Shown here: in pieces, positions 15,059-26,332 of the stretch
Position numbering within the stretch: the stretch's first letter is position 1
Layout of the letters: every line of letters begins with the position of its first letter
Assembly (NCBI RefSeq): GCF_009914755.1
Contig: NC_060925.1
Length of the DNA: 64,000 nt
Source: the human T2T-CHM13v2.0 reference genome, Homo sapiens
Reading direction: 5' to 3' (one strand)
Position numbers and translations under genes: made by a program
The notes under the pieces: model-generated
What the model was told of the DNA's origin: nothing
The model's input: only the letters and a program-made list of their open reading frames with translations
Databases searched by the model: none

Positions 15059-16087
15059 TGAAGGGGTGGCCTGCCCCTCCACACCTGTGGGTGTTTTTAG
15101 TCGGGTGAGACAAGAGACTGAGAAAAGAAATAAGACACAGAGACAAAGTATAGGGAAACAACAGTGAGCCCAGGAGACCGGCACTCAGCACACCAAGGAC
15201 CTGCACCAGCACCAGTCTCTGAGTTCCCTCAGTTTTTATTTATTATTATTTTCATTATTTCAGCAAAAAGGAATGTAGTAGGAGAGCAGGGCGATAATAA
15301 GGAGAAGGTCAGCAAAAAACATGTGAGCAAAAGAATCTATGTCATAATTAAGTTCAAGGGAATGTACTATGCCTGGATGTGCACGTAGGCCAGATTTATG
15401 TTTCTCTCCACCCAAACATCTCAGTGGAGTAAAGAATAACAAGGCAGCATTGCTGCAAACATGTCTCATCTCCCACCATGGGGTGGTTTTTCTCTGATCT
15501 CAGAATTGAACAAATGTAAAATCGGGTTTTATACCGAGACATTCAGTTCCCAGGGGCAGGCAGGAGACAGTGGCCTTCCTCTATCTCAACTGCAAGAGGC
15601 TTTCCTCTTTTACTAATCCGCCTCAGCACAGACCCTTTATGGGTGTCAGGCTGGGGGACGGTCAGATGCTTCTCATCCCACTAGGCCATATTTCAGACTA
15701 TCACATGGGGAGAAACCTTGGACAATACCCCGTTTTCAAGGGCAGAGGTCCCTGCAGCTTTCTGCAGTGCATTGTGCCCCTGGTTTACTGAGACTAGAGA
15801 ATGGCAATGACTTTTACCAGGTATACTGCTTGTAAACATTTTGTTAACAAGGCACATCCTGCACAGCCCAAGATCCCTTAAACCTTGATTTCATACAACA
15901 CATGTTTTTGTGAGCTCCAGGTTGGGGCAAAGTGGCTGGGGCAAAGTGGCTGGGGCAAAGCTACAAATTAACAACATCTCAGCAAAGCAATTGTTCAAAG
16001 TACAGGTCTTTTTCAAAATGGAATCCTTATGTCTTCCCTTTCTATATAGACACAGTAACAGTCTGATCTCTCTTTCTTTTCCCTAGG
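15059..16087 (-). mobile_element. Solo LTR of HERV-K(HML-2), LTR5A-like
   Basis: Minus strand begins TAGGGAAAAGAAAGAGAGATCAGACTGTTACTGTGTC, contains tandem CTTTGCCCCAGCCA and ends GGGGCAGGCCACCCCTTCA. ~1.03 kb, 6-bp TSD CACAAG (15053-15058, 16088-16093). Confidence 0.9.
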
Positions 16088-16571
16088 CACAAGAGAAGAA
16101 TGCCCTCTCTCACCACTCCTATTCAACATAGTATGGGAAGTCCTGGCCAGAGCAATCATGGAAGGTGAGGAAAGAAAGGGCATCGAAATAGGAAGAGGAT
16201 AAGTCAAACTATTTCTGTTTATACACGACATGATACTATATCTAGAAAACCCTATGTTCAAAGACCAAAAGGGTTTTTCAGCTGATAAAAAACTTCAGCA
16301 AAACTTCAGGATTCAAAATCAATGTACAAAAATTACTAGTACTCCCGTACACCAACAACCAAGACAAGAGTCAAATTAGGAACACAATCCCATTCACAAT
16401 TGCTACAAAAATAATAAAGTACCTAGGAATATAGCTAACCAGGGAGGTGAAAGATCTCTACAAGGAGAATTCTAAAACACTGCTCAAATAAATCAGTGGT
16501 AACACAAACAAATGGAAAAGCATTCCATACTCATGAATGGGAAGAATCAATATCCTTAAAAGGGCCATATT

Positions 16572-16889
16572 GGCTGTGCACAATGGCTCACACCTGTAAT
16601 CCCAGTACTTTGGGAGACCGAGGCAGGCAGATCACGACGTCAGGAGATTGAGACCATCCTGGCTAACACAGTGAAACCCCATCTCTACTAAAAATACAAA
16701 AAATTAGCTGGGCCTGGTGGTGGACACCTATAGTCCCAGCTACTCAGGAGGCTGAGGCAGGAGAATGGCATGAACCCAGGAGGCAGAGCTTGCAGTGAGC
16801 CAAGATTGGGCCACTGTACTCCAGCCTGGGCAACAGAGTGAGACTCCATCTCAAAAAAAAAAAAAGAAAACAAAACAAAACAAAAGAAA
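16572..16889 (+). mobile_element. AluY
   Basis: ACCATCCTGGCTAACAC, GAATGGCATGAACC and GAGCTTGCAG diagnostics. TSD aaaag(g)gccatatt. Confidence 0.92.
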
Positions 16890-18481
16890 AAAGGCCATAT
16901 TGTCCAATTTACAGATTCAATGTGACTCCTATCACACTACCAATGACATTCTTCACAGAACCAGAAAAAAATTTTTTTTAATTCATATGGAATCAAAAAT
17001 CAGCCCAAATAGCCAAGGTAATTCTAAGCAAAAAGTACAAAGCTGGAGACATCATGCTACCCAACTATAAACTATACTGCAAGGCTACCATAAATGAAAC
17101 AGCATGATACTAGTGGAAAAACAGACACATACACTAATGAAACAGAATAGGGAACCCAGAAATAAGACAACACCCCTGTATCTACCTGATCTTCTAAAAA
17201 CTTTTTAAAAACAAGCATGGGAAAAGGACTTCCTGTTCAGTAAATGGTGCTAGGATAACTGACTAACATATGCAGAAGATTGAAACTGGATACCTTCTTT
17301 ACATCATATACAAAAATCAACTCAAGATGAGTTAAAGACTTAAATATAGAACCCAAATCTATAAAAACCCTGGAAGACAACCCAGGCGATACGTTTCTGA
17401 ACATAGGAACTAGCAAAGATTTCATGACGAAGATGCCAAAAGCAATTGCAAAGAAAAGAAAATTGACAAATGAGATCTAATTAAACTAAAGAACTTCTGC
17501 ATAGCAAAGGAAACTATCAAGAAAGTTAACAGACAACCTAAAGAATGGGAGAAAAATTTTGCAAGATACACATCTTATAAGGGTCTGATATCCAGCATCT
17601 ATAAGGAATTTGAACAAATTTACAAGAAAAAAAACAGCGCCATTGAAAAGTGCATGAAAGACAGGAACAGACACTTTCAAAAAGAGACATACATGCCATA
17701 TGAATAAAAGCTCAATGTCAAGGATCGTTGGAGAAATGCAAACAAAAACCACAATGAGATACAGTCTCACACCAGTCAGATGGCTATTATGAAAAGTCAA
17801 AAAAAAAAAAAGAGGTGCTAGAGAGGTTGAAGACAAAAATAAATGCTTATACACTGTTGGTGGGAGTGTAAATCTATTCAAATATTGTGGAATACACTGT
17901 GGCAATTACTCAAAGAACTAAAATTAAATAACTACCATCAAAAGCAGCAATCCCATTACTTGGTATATACCCAAAGGAATGTAAACCATTCTACCATAAA
18001 GACATGTTAACGTGTTATGTTCATTGCAGCCCTATTCATAATAGCAAAGACATGGAACCAAACTAAGTGCCCACTGATGATAGACTAGATAAAGAAAAAG
18101 TGGTACATATACACCATGAAATACTATGCAGCCATAAGAAGAAATGAGACTGTGTCCTTTACAGGTACATGGATGGAGCTGGAGGCAATTATGCTTAGCA
18201 AACTAATGCAGAAACAGAAAACCAAATACGACATGTTCTTACTTAAAACAGCAAGTTAAATGATGAGAACACATGGACACATAGAAGGAGACAGCAGACC
18301 ATGGGGCCTACCACAGGGTGGCAGTTATGGGGAAGGAGAAGATCACAAAAAATAACTAATGAGTACCAGAATTAATACCTGGGTGATGAAATAGCTGTAT
18401 GATAAGCGCCTATGACACAAGTTTAAGTATATAACAAACCTGCATATGTACCCCTGAACTTAAAATAAAAACTTAAAAAAA

Positions 18482-19290
18482 GCAGATGCCAAAGAAGATG
18501 CAAAGAAAAATGTCTTATATGCTCTTGGTAAGGATGTAAATTAGAACAGCTGCTGTGGAAAACAGTAAGATTTATCCAAAAAACTAAAAATAGAATTATC
18601 ATTCAATCCAGCAATCCAACTACGGTGTATCTATCCAAAGGAAAAGAAATCAGATTATGAAAGGGTTGCCTAAACTCCCATGGTTATTGCAGCACTATTC
18701 ACAATAGCAAAGATGTATAACCTAAGCATCCATTAATGAATGAATGGACAAAGAAAAGATAGAATATACATGCGAAGAAATACTATTTCATTGTAATAAA
18801 AAGAATGAATTCCCATCATTGGAAGCAACATATATTCAAATGGAGGTCATTATGTTAAGTAAAATAAATCAAGCAGAGATAGACAAATATTGTGTGTTTT
18901 CACTCATATGTAGGAGCTGCAAAATTTGATCTATAAATGTAGAGAGTAGAATGATAGATACCAGAAGCAGGGAAGGGAGTTCAGGGGATGGAGAATGATA
19001 AAACACTGGCTAATGAGTACAAACATAGAGATATATAAAAGGAGTAAGTTTTAATATTTGATAGCAGAGTAGGGTGACTACAGTTTACAACAACATATTG
19101 TATTTTTCAAAATAGCTAGAAGAGAGGAATTAAAATGTTTCCAACAAAGACAGAAATGATAAATGCTCAAGGTGATGAATGCCCTAAATTTCCTAATATC
19201 CCGGCTTTATCATTACACATTTGATCCATGTAACAATATATCACACGTATCCCAAAAATGTGTATAAGTATTAGGAACCAATAAAAACAG
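18482..19290 (+). mobile_element. L1MA (MA3-like) 3' end
   Basis: ORF2 C-terminal remnant (MEVIMLSKINQAE) and 3' UTR gaaatgataaatgctcaaggtgatg...cattacacat. Confidence 0.75.
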
Positions 19291-19297
19291 AGTCTTC

Positions 19298-19443
19298 GAT
19301 AGCATTAGGAGTTATACCTAATGCTAAATGACGAGTTAATGGGTGCAGCATACCAATATCGCACATGTATACATATGTAACAACCCTGCATATTGTGCAC
19401 ACGTACCCTAAAACTTAAAGTATAATAATAATAAAATTTAAAA
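19298..19443 (+). mobile_element. Very short L1PA 3' tail insertion
   Basis: L1PA 3' UTR end plus A tail between 15-bp TSDs aaaaacagagtcttc (19283-19297, 19444-19458). Absent in unit 2. Confidence 0.92.
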
Positions 19444-19530
19444 AAAAACAGAGTCTTCTTATTTTTTATATTAGTTACATCCAAGCCACTCTATTGCTGG
19501 AACAAATATGGTAGTGGTTGTCATGGGGAG

Positions 19531-19533
19531 TGA

Positions 19534-19568
<35 letters not shown>

Positions 19569-19575
19569 ATGGTGG
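19531..19575. repeat. (TGA)n(TGG)n microsatellite
   Basis: Direct reading. The paralog at 38501-38572 is a longer, degenerate (GAT)n. Confidence 0.85.
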
Positions 19576-19963
19576 AAACAATGATGATATGTTACTGCCA
19601 ATAAACTTCTAAAATGACAGCTAATTATGTGTCAGGCATTGCGACAACAAAATTTCAGATAGTAATTAGATTTATCCCAAGACTAGTTTGTTAAGTAAAT
19701 GTTATTTTGGTCGCTTTGCAATAAAGAGATTGACATTCACAGAAGTTGAATAATATGTTCCTCAAATCAATCAAACACTAATTAAGGAAAATAAAAGTGG
19801 TTTAAATAATACAGACATAATCTTTGATATGACCCAAATTTTAAGATTCTGACTGTGGTTGAAAGAAAGGTGGAAATAAACCCAAATGATTATATAATTT
19901 TACTAATAAAGCAGATCTGAAAAGAAACAAAAGATCCATTCACAAATACGTATGCAAAGATAT

Positions 19964-19969
19964 TTTATT
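19964..19969 (-). terminator. SPRR2E: SPRR2E polyadenylation signal AATAAA
   Basis: tttatt on + strand ~375 nt after the stop codon. Conserved at the equivalent SPRR2F position, with T/GT-rich sequence downstream on the minus strand. Confidence 0.8.
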
Positions 19970-20344
19970 CAGGGAGTGAAAGAAAAGTGACAATTGCACA
20001 GGTGTTAGAAGCCCATGCCCAGGTGACAGACAGACACAGAAAACATCAACAGCATTTTTTGATGGTTCCCAGGGACAGAGCTGCTGGTCCTTCTTCCAAA
20101 GCTCTGGGAACTGACACTGCTGAGGACTTCCTTTCTCAGTCTCCACCTGGACAGTGGCAATATGGCAGCCTCAGAAAGGAAACCTTTTGCTATCAGGGAT
20201 CATCATGGGCAGATCACTGGCTAAGAGGAAAGAAGCTAACTGTGTATCCATGGTAGGCTTTGATGAGAAGATGCAGGTGAAGCTGTGGAACAAGGTGAGC
20301 CAATTATCCTTATCCTTTCATGCTCCTGATGAATTCTGAAGCTG

Positions 20345-20563
20345 TTACTTGCTCTTGGGTGGACACTTTGGCTGGCAGGGTGGGGAAGGTGTCACAGGAG
20401 GACATTTTTGCTGGCACTGCTGAGGTGGGCAGGGCTGTGGACACTTTGGTGGTGGGCAGGGCTCAGGGCACTTCGGGGGTGGACATGGCTCTGGGCACTT
20501 TGGCGTGGGGCACACAGGAGGTGGCTGGCAGGGCTGCTTGCACTGCTGCTGTTGATAAGACAT
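20345..20563 (-). CDS. SPRR2E: Small proline-rich protein 2E (72 aa cornified envelope precursor)
   Basis: [75 protein letters not shown]: Gln/Lys head, three PKCPEPCPP-type nonamers, KSK tail. T20/P38/C54/C67 fit recalled SPRR2E rather than 2A/2B/2D. TAA stop. Confidence 0.93.
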   Translation of the reverse strand: MSYQQQQCKQPCQPPPVCPTPKCPEPCPPPKCPEPCPPPKCPQPCPPQQCQQKCPPVTPSPPCQPKCPPKSK

Positions 20564-20582
20564 CCTGCTGGAGTCTCAGAAT

Positions 20583-21295
20583 CTGAAAGAAATGATATGA
20601 CAGTGTTCACAGGAATGGACTCCTCCAGAGAGAGAAGCCAAAGCTTATGTAATACCATGGCATATTATTTCTCCAATCTCCAAAAATTTATTTAAACTCT
20701 TAGCTCTCTTTTCATGACTTCCTGTCTTCTCCTTTCCACTTTAGCAAGTTGTTTCATCAGCCCTAGGAATTCCTGCCTTTCCTCATACAATTTTTCCAAA
20801 GAAAACATCTCTATAATAAAGAAGCAAGCATGTTATTCCATGAAAATGACATCTTCAGGAAAGGCAGTCACAAGTTCAGACCTCCTGGGCAATCTCACAA
20901 GCTATTCCTATCATCATTATCTGTTGTAAAGCACCAGTGGGTTGACTTGGGCACAGAGCAAGGGCTGTTCAGGAAGAAGTACTGGCTCTCACACCTGCTA
21001 AGACACAAACCTTTGAAAAGGATACCAGGAAAATATGGAAAAGAGAAAAATACTTCATCCCTTTCTTCAAACCAAAACTTTCCTATTAACTTCTCTGTCC
21101 ATATGGACATATAATTGTACATTTTTTAAAAATCTGTGTAAAACACTGTATCATGTAATCTAATCCTGTAGTTCCATCAACTAAGTACCATCAAACCTAT
21201 GATCACAGGTTTGGATCCACCAAACTTGCTGGATTCAGGTTAAATTCAACACTTCAGGGCACAAAGAACAGAGGAACTCAAGGAAGCAGACTCAC
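20583..21295 (-). other. SPRR2E: SPRR2E intron 1 (713 bp)
   Basis: GTGAGT donor and TTTCTTTCAG acceptor 19 nt before the ATG. Same layout in the SPRR2F paralog. Confidence 0.85.
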
Positions 21296-21337
21296 CAGGT
21301 TCTCCAAAGCAGATCAGTGCTCAAGTACCAGGAGTTT
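21296..21337 (-). other. SPRR2E: SPRR2E non-coding exon 1
   Basis: Minus strand AAACTCCTGGTACTTGAGCACTGATCTGCTTTGGAGAACCTG followed by donor GTGAGT (21295-21290). It starts ~30 nt downstream of TATAAA and matches the recalled SPRR2 mRNA 5' end. TSS approximate. Confidence 0.85.
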
Positions 21338-21540
21338 AGGAGTTGTAGAGCAGAGAACCTCTTTATAGGGCCTGCTACCCCACCCAGCAGGAAGTGGAAC
21401 TACCCAAAACTGGGCTGGCCCAGCAATGTCCCAACTAAAATGCAAATCTATCCATAACTGGCATGACAGGGATTCTCAAACTGGGAAATATCCTGTTCTG
21501 GGATCTTTCCACTGGATTAAGTGCCCTGACTCACTGAGGC
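21338..21540 (-). promoter_or_regulatory. SPRR2E: SPRR2E proximal promoter: TATA, CACCC/TG box, Ets, octamer, AP-1
   Basis: TATAAA 21362-21367 (minus), CCCCACCC 21378-21385, CAGGAAGT 21388-21395, ATGCAAAT 21440-21447, TGACTCA 21527-21533 (~-195). Same order as the characterised SPRR2A promoter. Confidence 0.85.
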
Positions 21541-24500
21541 CCTGCCTTAGATCTCAGTTTCAGTGACAGCAAAGAGGGACTTGGGGGATTCTCTAACTGG
21601 TGGTCAAGGGCTCTCTTTCTTGATTGGGGGCAATGAATGCTTCCTGTCTTACACATTCCCTAAATCATAAAACTTCCTGCCCTGATCCACTTTAGCTGAA
21701 TGCCATATTGTTTGTACATGAACCCATCTCCACCTCTACTTTCCTTGTACAATTTGCCAATGTGCTAGAAGGAAGGAGAGACCTAACAAAGGCCTGAGTT
21801 CTGGCCCCAGATTTTTTTGCTAAGCTGTATGACCACAGCCAGGTCAACTCTCCTCCCTGGAACTGTAAACAGAAGAGCATCTTATTTACCTCTGGGTTTG
21901 GAGGCACTGACCACATTGTGCCATCTGTTGATCCTGTTCAAGCCTGAAATTTTCTGCTCCACCTCTTTCTCTTGCAGAAACCCAGATTTTACCTATATTC
22001 CTTTCCTCTTTGAGGGTTGTCTTCTACAACCCTCAAAGAGGCACTTGTGTCCCAAGATAGATACCAGAGTGAGATCCAGTCTCTCCAGTACATTTGCCAC
22101 TGCTACCATCAAGGGAGTGTACTACAGGCTTTTCATTTGTAAAACTGTACTCTTATTCACCACATTAAGAAAATGGAGAAAAGGGAACCAAAGTTACAAG
22201 CATTCATTTTAAATCTATGTATTGAACCATGCCTGTATGTTTCCCTGTGAACATCATATAGAGAACAAGATGCATAGACTCACAGTATCTTATGTAAATA
22301 ATTAGAAGTTTTCCAGAATAGAGGTCAGAGCACTTAAAGTCTGAAATCTAGGGGAAAATATAAACTCAGTGTGATCCTATGTGTTTGCTTTCTCTACCTC
22401 TCTTTCCAAACAGGTTTTAGTCTTTGAAAAATGGTATTTTTTAATTTGTTTGTATGTTCTTCCATTGTCTTTTCCAAAAGCTCTCTAGCCCCACAACCTG
22501 CTAGATTATCAACTCACACCCCAATGTATACCTCTCATCTGTTCATTTTAGTACACATTGTTCACTCGATACGTATGTTGTCAATGTGAATGTCTTTCAC
22601 ATCTTTTTAAAACTCTTCCTGCAATCAATGGGGCTTACTAAACATTGTATATTAAACATTTAAAACAGTGCTGCTGGAGCTTTCTTATCTGGGCTAATGA
22701 TCAGGAAGCTTTCCAAGAATGTGATTTTATAATTGGAGAAGAAGAAGGAAGAGGAAGATAAGGAAAAAGAGGAAGAGGAGTGACTCAAATTCTTTGGAGC
22801 ACTCACCAGCTATGCTCCAGATAGAGCAAGAACACTGAATCAACCCAGCATCACATCTCTCAGTTAAGCAGGTTAGGTTTCCAGATCTGCAATTGCTCCA
22901 GTCTTTAAGGAAGAGCTTTTGGCCAAGATCACTGTGGCCAGATGCTGCAGAAATACAACTATCATGTCAGCACCTTTGCGCCAGGTGTTTACAAATAGTG
23001 TTCTCACCAAATGCTTCCTATAGACTATTACACATGCCAAGCACAGTGGGTAAAGTAAACAGACTTCACTCAATAGGTCACCTACTCCTCCCCAGAGTCT
23101 CACATCACATCTACAACACAGATCCTTAGAGAAATGTCTGATTTCTAACATGCAAAATTGGAGAATTGGCTGCCAAATGAGATCACTGTGTGAGATAATA
23201 CAGTTTGGGTCATGCCCTGAGACTCCCCTTCTGAGAACACCCCACTCAAACAGGCTGTTTATCACAGCAGTGCAGGCACCAGAGCAGCAGCAGCCCTAGT
23301 GCCCCCAGCATCTCAGACAGGCTCACTTTACAAGTTGAGGTGATGAACTTGAAGCTAAGAGTTCCTCACAGTCCAGGTACATGAAGAGCAGCCACAACAT
23401 GAAGAGGGGCAGCTACTAGTCACAGCTTCCCCAAGTTATGACATCCAGGCCCTGAAACATAGAGTGAGGCATACTTCACACACACACATACACACACTCA
23501 CACTCACATACCATGAGTCTTTATCTGTCATCTATCTACATGTCTAAAGAGGTTAGCTTTATCTTCTTTAAGAGTCTGATAGCCTTAGTTAGGTTCATTC
23601 CTATTACTTCTACTCCATAATTTTCTAGGGGATCATTAAGTATGAATTATTAGTACTTAAAAATGACAGGAAAGAACAGATACCTTTAACATTTTGCGAT
23701 TCAGAAAGTATATTTGAATTTTATTAATTATATATTCACTCAAGTGTGTTTGTGTTTATAATGCTATGAAATTTACATCACGTACGTAGCATTGGCTACT
23801 ACTACAGTCAAGATACATAACTGTTCCATTACCACAAGGCTCCTCTGCTCCCCACTTATAGCCATAACCACCCCTCCTTTCCCAAATATTTACCTCTAGT
23901 AAATATTACTCTTTTATCCATCTCTATGATTTCATTATTTTAAGAATATTTGAGTGAATTTATACATCATGTAACCTTTTGAGAATTGCTCTTTTTTTCA
24001 CATAACATAATTTCATAGAAGTCCATTCACTTTGTGCAAACACTTTTAATTTTGTCTAATGCTTGATTCAACATTTTATCTCACATTTTAATACTATACA
24101 TTCCACTAAACAAAATAGTACTGGCAAATAAAGTTTTAAAATTAAATAGAAAAAAATTAAAAAACAGGAATTATGGTAAAATATTCTTGGTATGTTCAGA
24201 GATATGGTAACTGCAACTACCCATGCATATCTGCCTTCTGCTTTTATTTCTGAATGAAAGGCTAAGCCTAGCATTTGTCCTTCCTTGCTGAATCCGATAA
24301 ATTACAGAACATACATAAGGTAGAATAGCGAAGATCATTAAGGTGGATGTTTTGGAAGATTATTTAATATAATTTAAAATATTCTAATTGTACTAAAACA
24401 TACATAAAGCATGACAACATTTTTGTCAACATTTATTAAAAGATAGGAAACATATGAAACAATATATGAAATGTGATTTTATATGGCTGGTGAAATTACA

Positions 24501-26236
24501 GATGATGTTTATTTTCTTGTTTTACTTTTCAAAATATTCTCCAAATGTTACCTATTATTGAGGTAAGAATCTTAAAATTCTACTTTGAAAAACTGACAAC
24601 AGACAAGCCTGTCCATTTTTCAATTAGTGAGATAATGGTCTTTTTTCTTTTCAGCATTTTTGGCCAGAGACCAAGGGTGGGGCTGGATGTAAGTAGCAGT
24701 TGCTTTATTGTTATAGCTCTACATTGGATCACATCGCTTCTAAAATCTCTCTTGAAGAAAACCCCGATAATATTCCCCATCCTCATAGCAGTGACATATG
24801 TACACAGAAGCCACAGACACCCAATATCCATATGTATCTATAAAACAGTTCACCAAAATTGGCAGATCTTCCTAGGGTAAAAAACAATCAGGAATGGGTT
24901 TGTCTACTATCCAAGACCCAGACAGATACAAATCATAAAATTGGCCATAATATGATGAAATTGGAAGTAATGGATGATGAGTAGACAGGTAATAAATGTA
25001 ATAGAACATAGTGATAACAATAGTACCTACCACTAAATTGTCATGAGAAAAAAAATTAAATCAGAGACTTCATATAAAGTACTTAGCACAGGCTACAGAT
25101 AATACTCAAAATAGTAAAGAAACACATGGTTAATCAAAGAGATAGAGGCAAAACATCGATTTCAAGTTGTTTATGGTTAAGAAAGGTATCAGCTTTCTCT
25201 TTAAGATTGTTTATATAATCCTTGTTTTAAGTGTGTGCCAGAAGTTTTTAGGAAAAAGCAAATGCAAATGTATGATTTGAATGAAGTGTGCAGAAATAAG
25301 ATAGACTGTTCTGCACTTTTGTTCTTATGTGTTACAAATGAGAGTTAACCTAAGCAGAAACTTAGAACAAAGGATACAAAAAAAGTTTTAATTTGTCCAT
25401 GTTATTTGAACTGTCTACGGACTTCTTCTCAATTCAGTTAGTACAAGAAAAAATAAATCTAAAAACAATAAATAGCAGTATGTTGATTTATTGATTTGCA
25501 AAATATTAACATGTATAGATATTTTTATTCTGTGTGAAAATATATATAATGGTTTATTCTGTGTCAAAAAAATATATAATGTTACCTCCCATTTAGTCTA
25601 CTGTTACTGTGGTTAGCTGTTTAGGACAATAAAAATATTGCTCATTTAAATATCACAAACTTCAGCTGGCAAACTACCTAAATTTTAGGCTAAATCCTTA
25701 TAAAAAACTGAATACCTCATTAGCACTAATCTTTCCAAAGTGTATAAACCTTATAAATTCTACTTTTATTTTCTCCTTATGTTAGACCCGAATATTTAAG
25801 AGCAAAATTCAAGAGCTATTAGTAATATAAAGTACTCCTATATGCTTAGTGTTAATGAGATTAAGAAGGCTATGTGGTCAATGATGGAATGAATCAGACA
25901 CTTCTCCTTGTAAGAATCTTTTGAAGAAAGTGAACGTGCATAGGCTGTGGTCTCCCTCAAAAAAAAAACTCAAAAGGAAAACAAAGAAACACAAATAAAA
26001 TTGTGAAAAAATTTGGAGAGAAAAGACTGTCTGAACTCTAACATAGGATGAGAGACCTGAAAATTCTACTGTAAGTTTGAGAAAGGTTAAATAAAATATA
26101 AACACTATGAAAAAAATCCAAACTAACTTACAATCTTAAAAGATAAGCATAACTTTATGATATGATCCCGCAATAACACGTTCAAAAATTGATCTAGTAC
26201 ATTTTAAAATATCTTGACAAAAAATAATGTGCATTC

Positions 26237-26314
26237 TGTATACATATGTAACTAACCTGCACATTATGCATTTGTACCCTAAAACTTAAAGTATAATAAT
26301 AATAATAATAAAAT
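26237..26314 (+). mobile_element. 78-bp L1PA 3' tail insertion
   Basis: L1PA terminal 3' UTR plus (AAT)n tail, 18-bp TSD aaaaaataatgtgcattc (26219-26236, 26315-26332). Empty at ~3480 and ~7560. Confidence 0.92.
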
Positions 26315-26332
26315 AAAAAATAATGTGCATTC

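Noticed and set aside
20320-20586. 88-aa antisense ORF preserved in both paralogs (also 39303-39569)
   Set aside because: Shadow frame of the Pro/Cys/Gln-rich CDS. Its conservation follows from the near-identical exons, and there is no promoter or splice evidence.
21790-21900. Possible MIR fragment upstream of both genes
   Set aside because: Only weak resemblance; cannot be supported without an HMM search.
22873-23265. 130-aa minus-strand ORF over the conserved upstream block
   Set aside because: Non-ATG start, and the frame is truncated in the unit 3 paralog (62 aa). The conservation fits non-coding function or conversion better.
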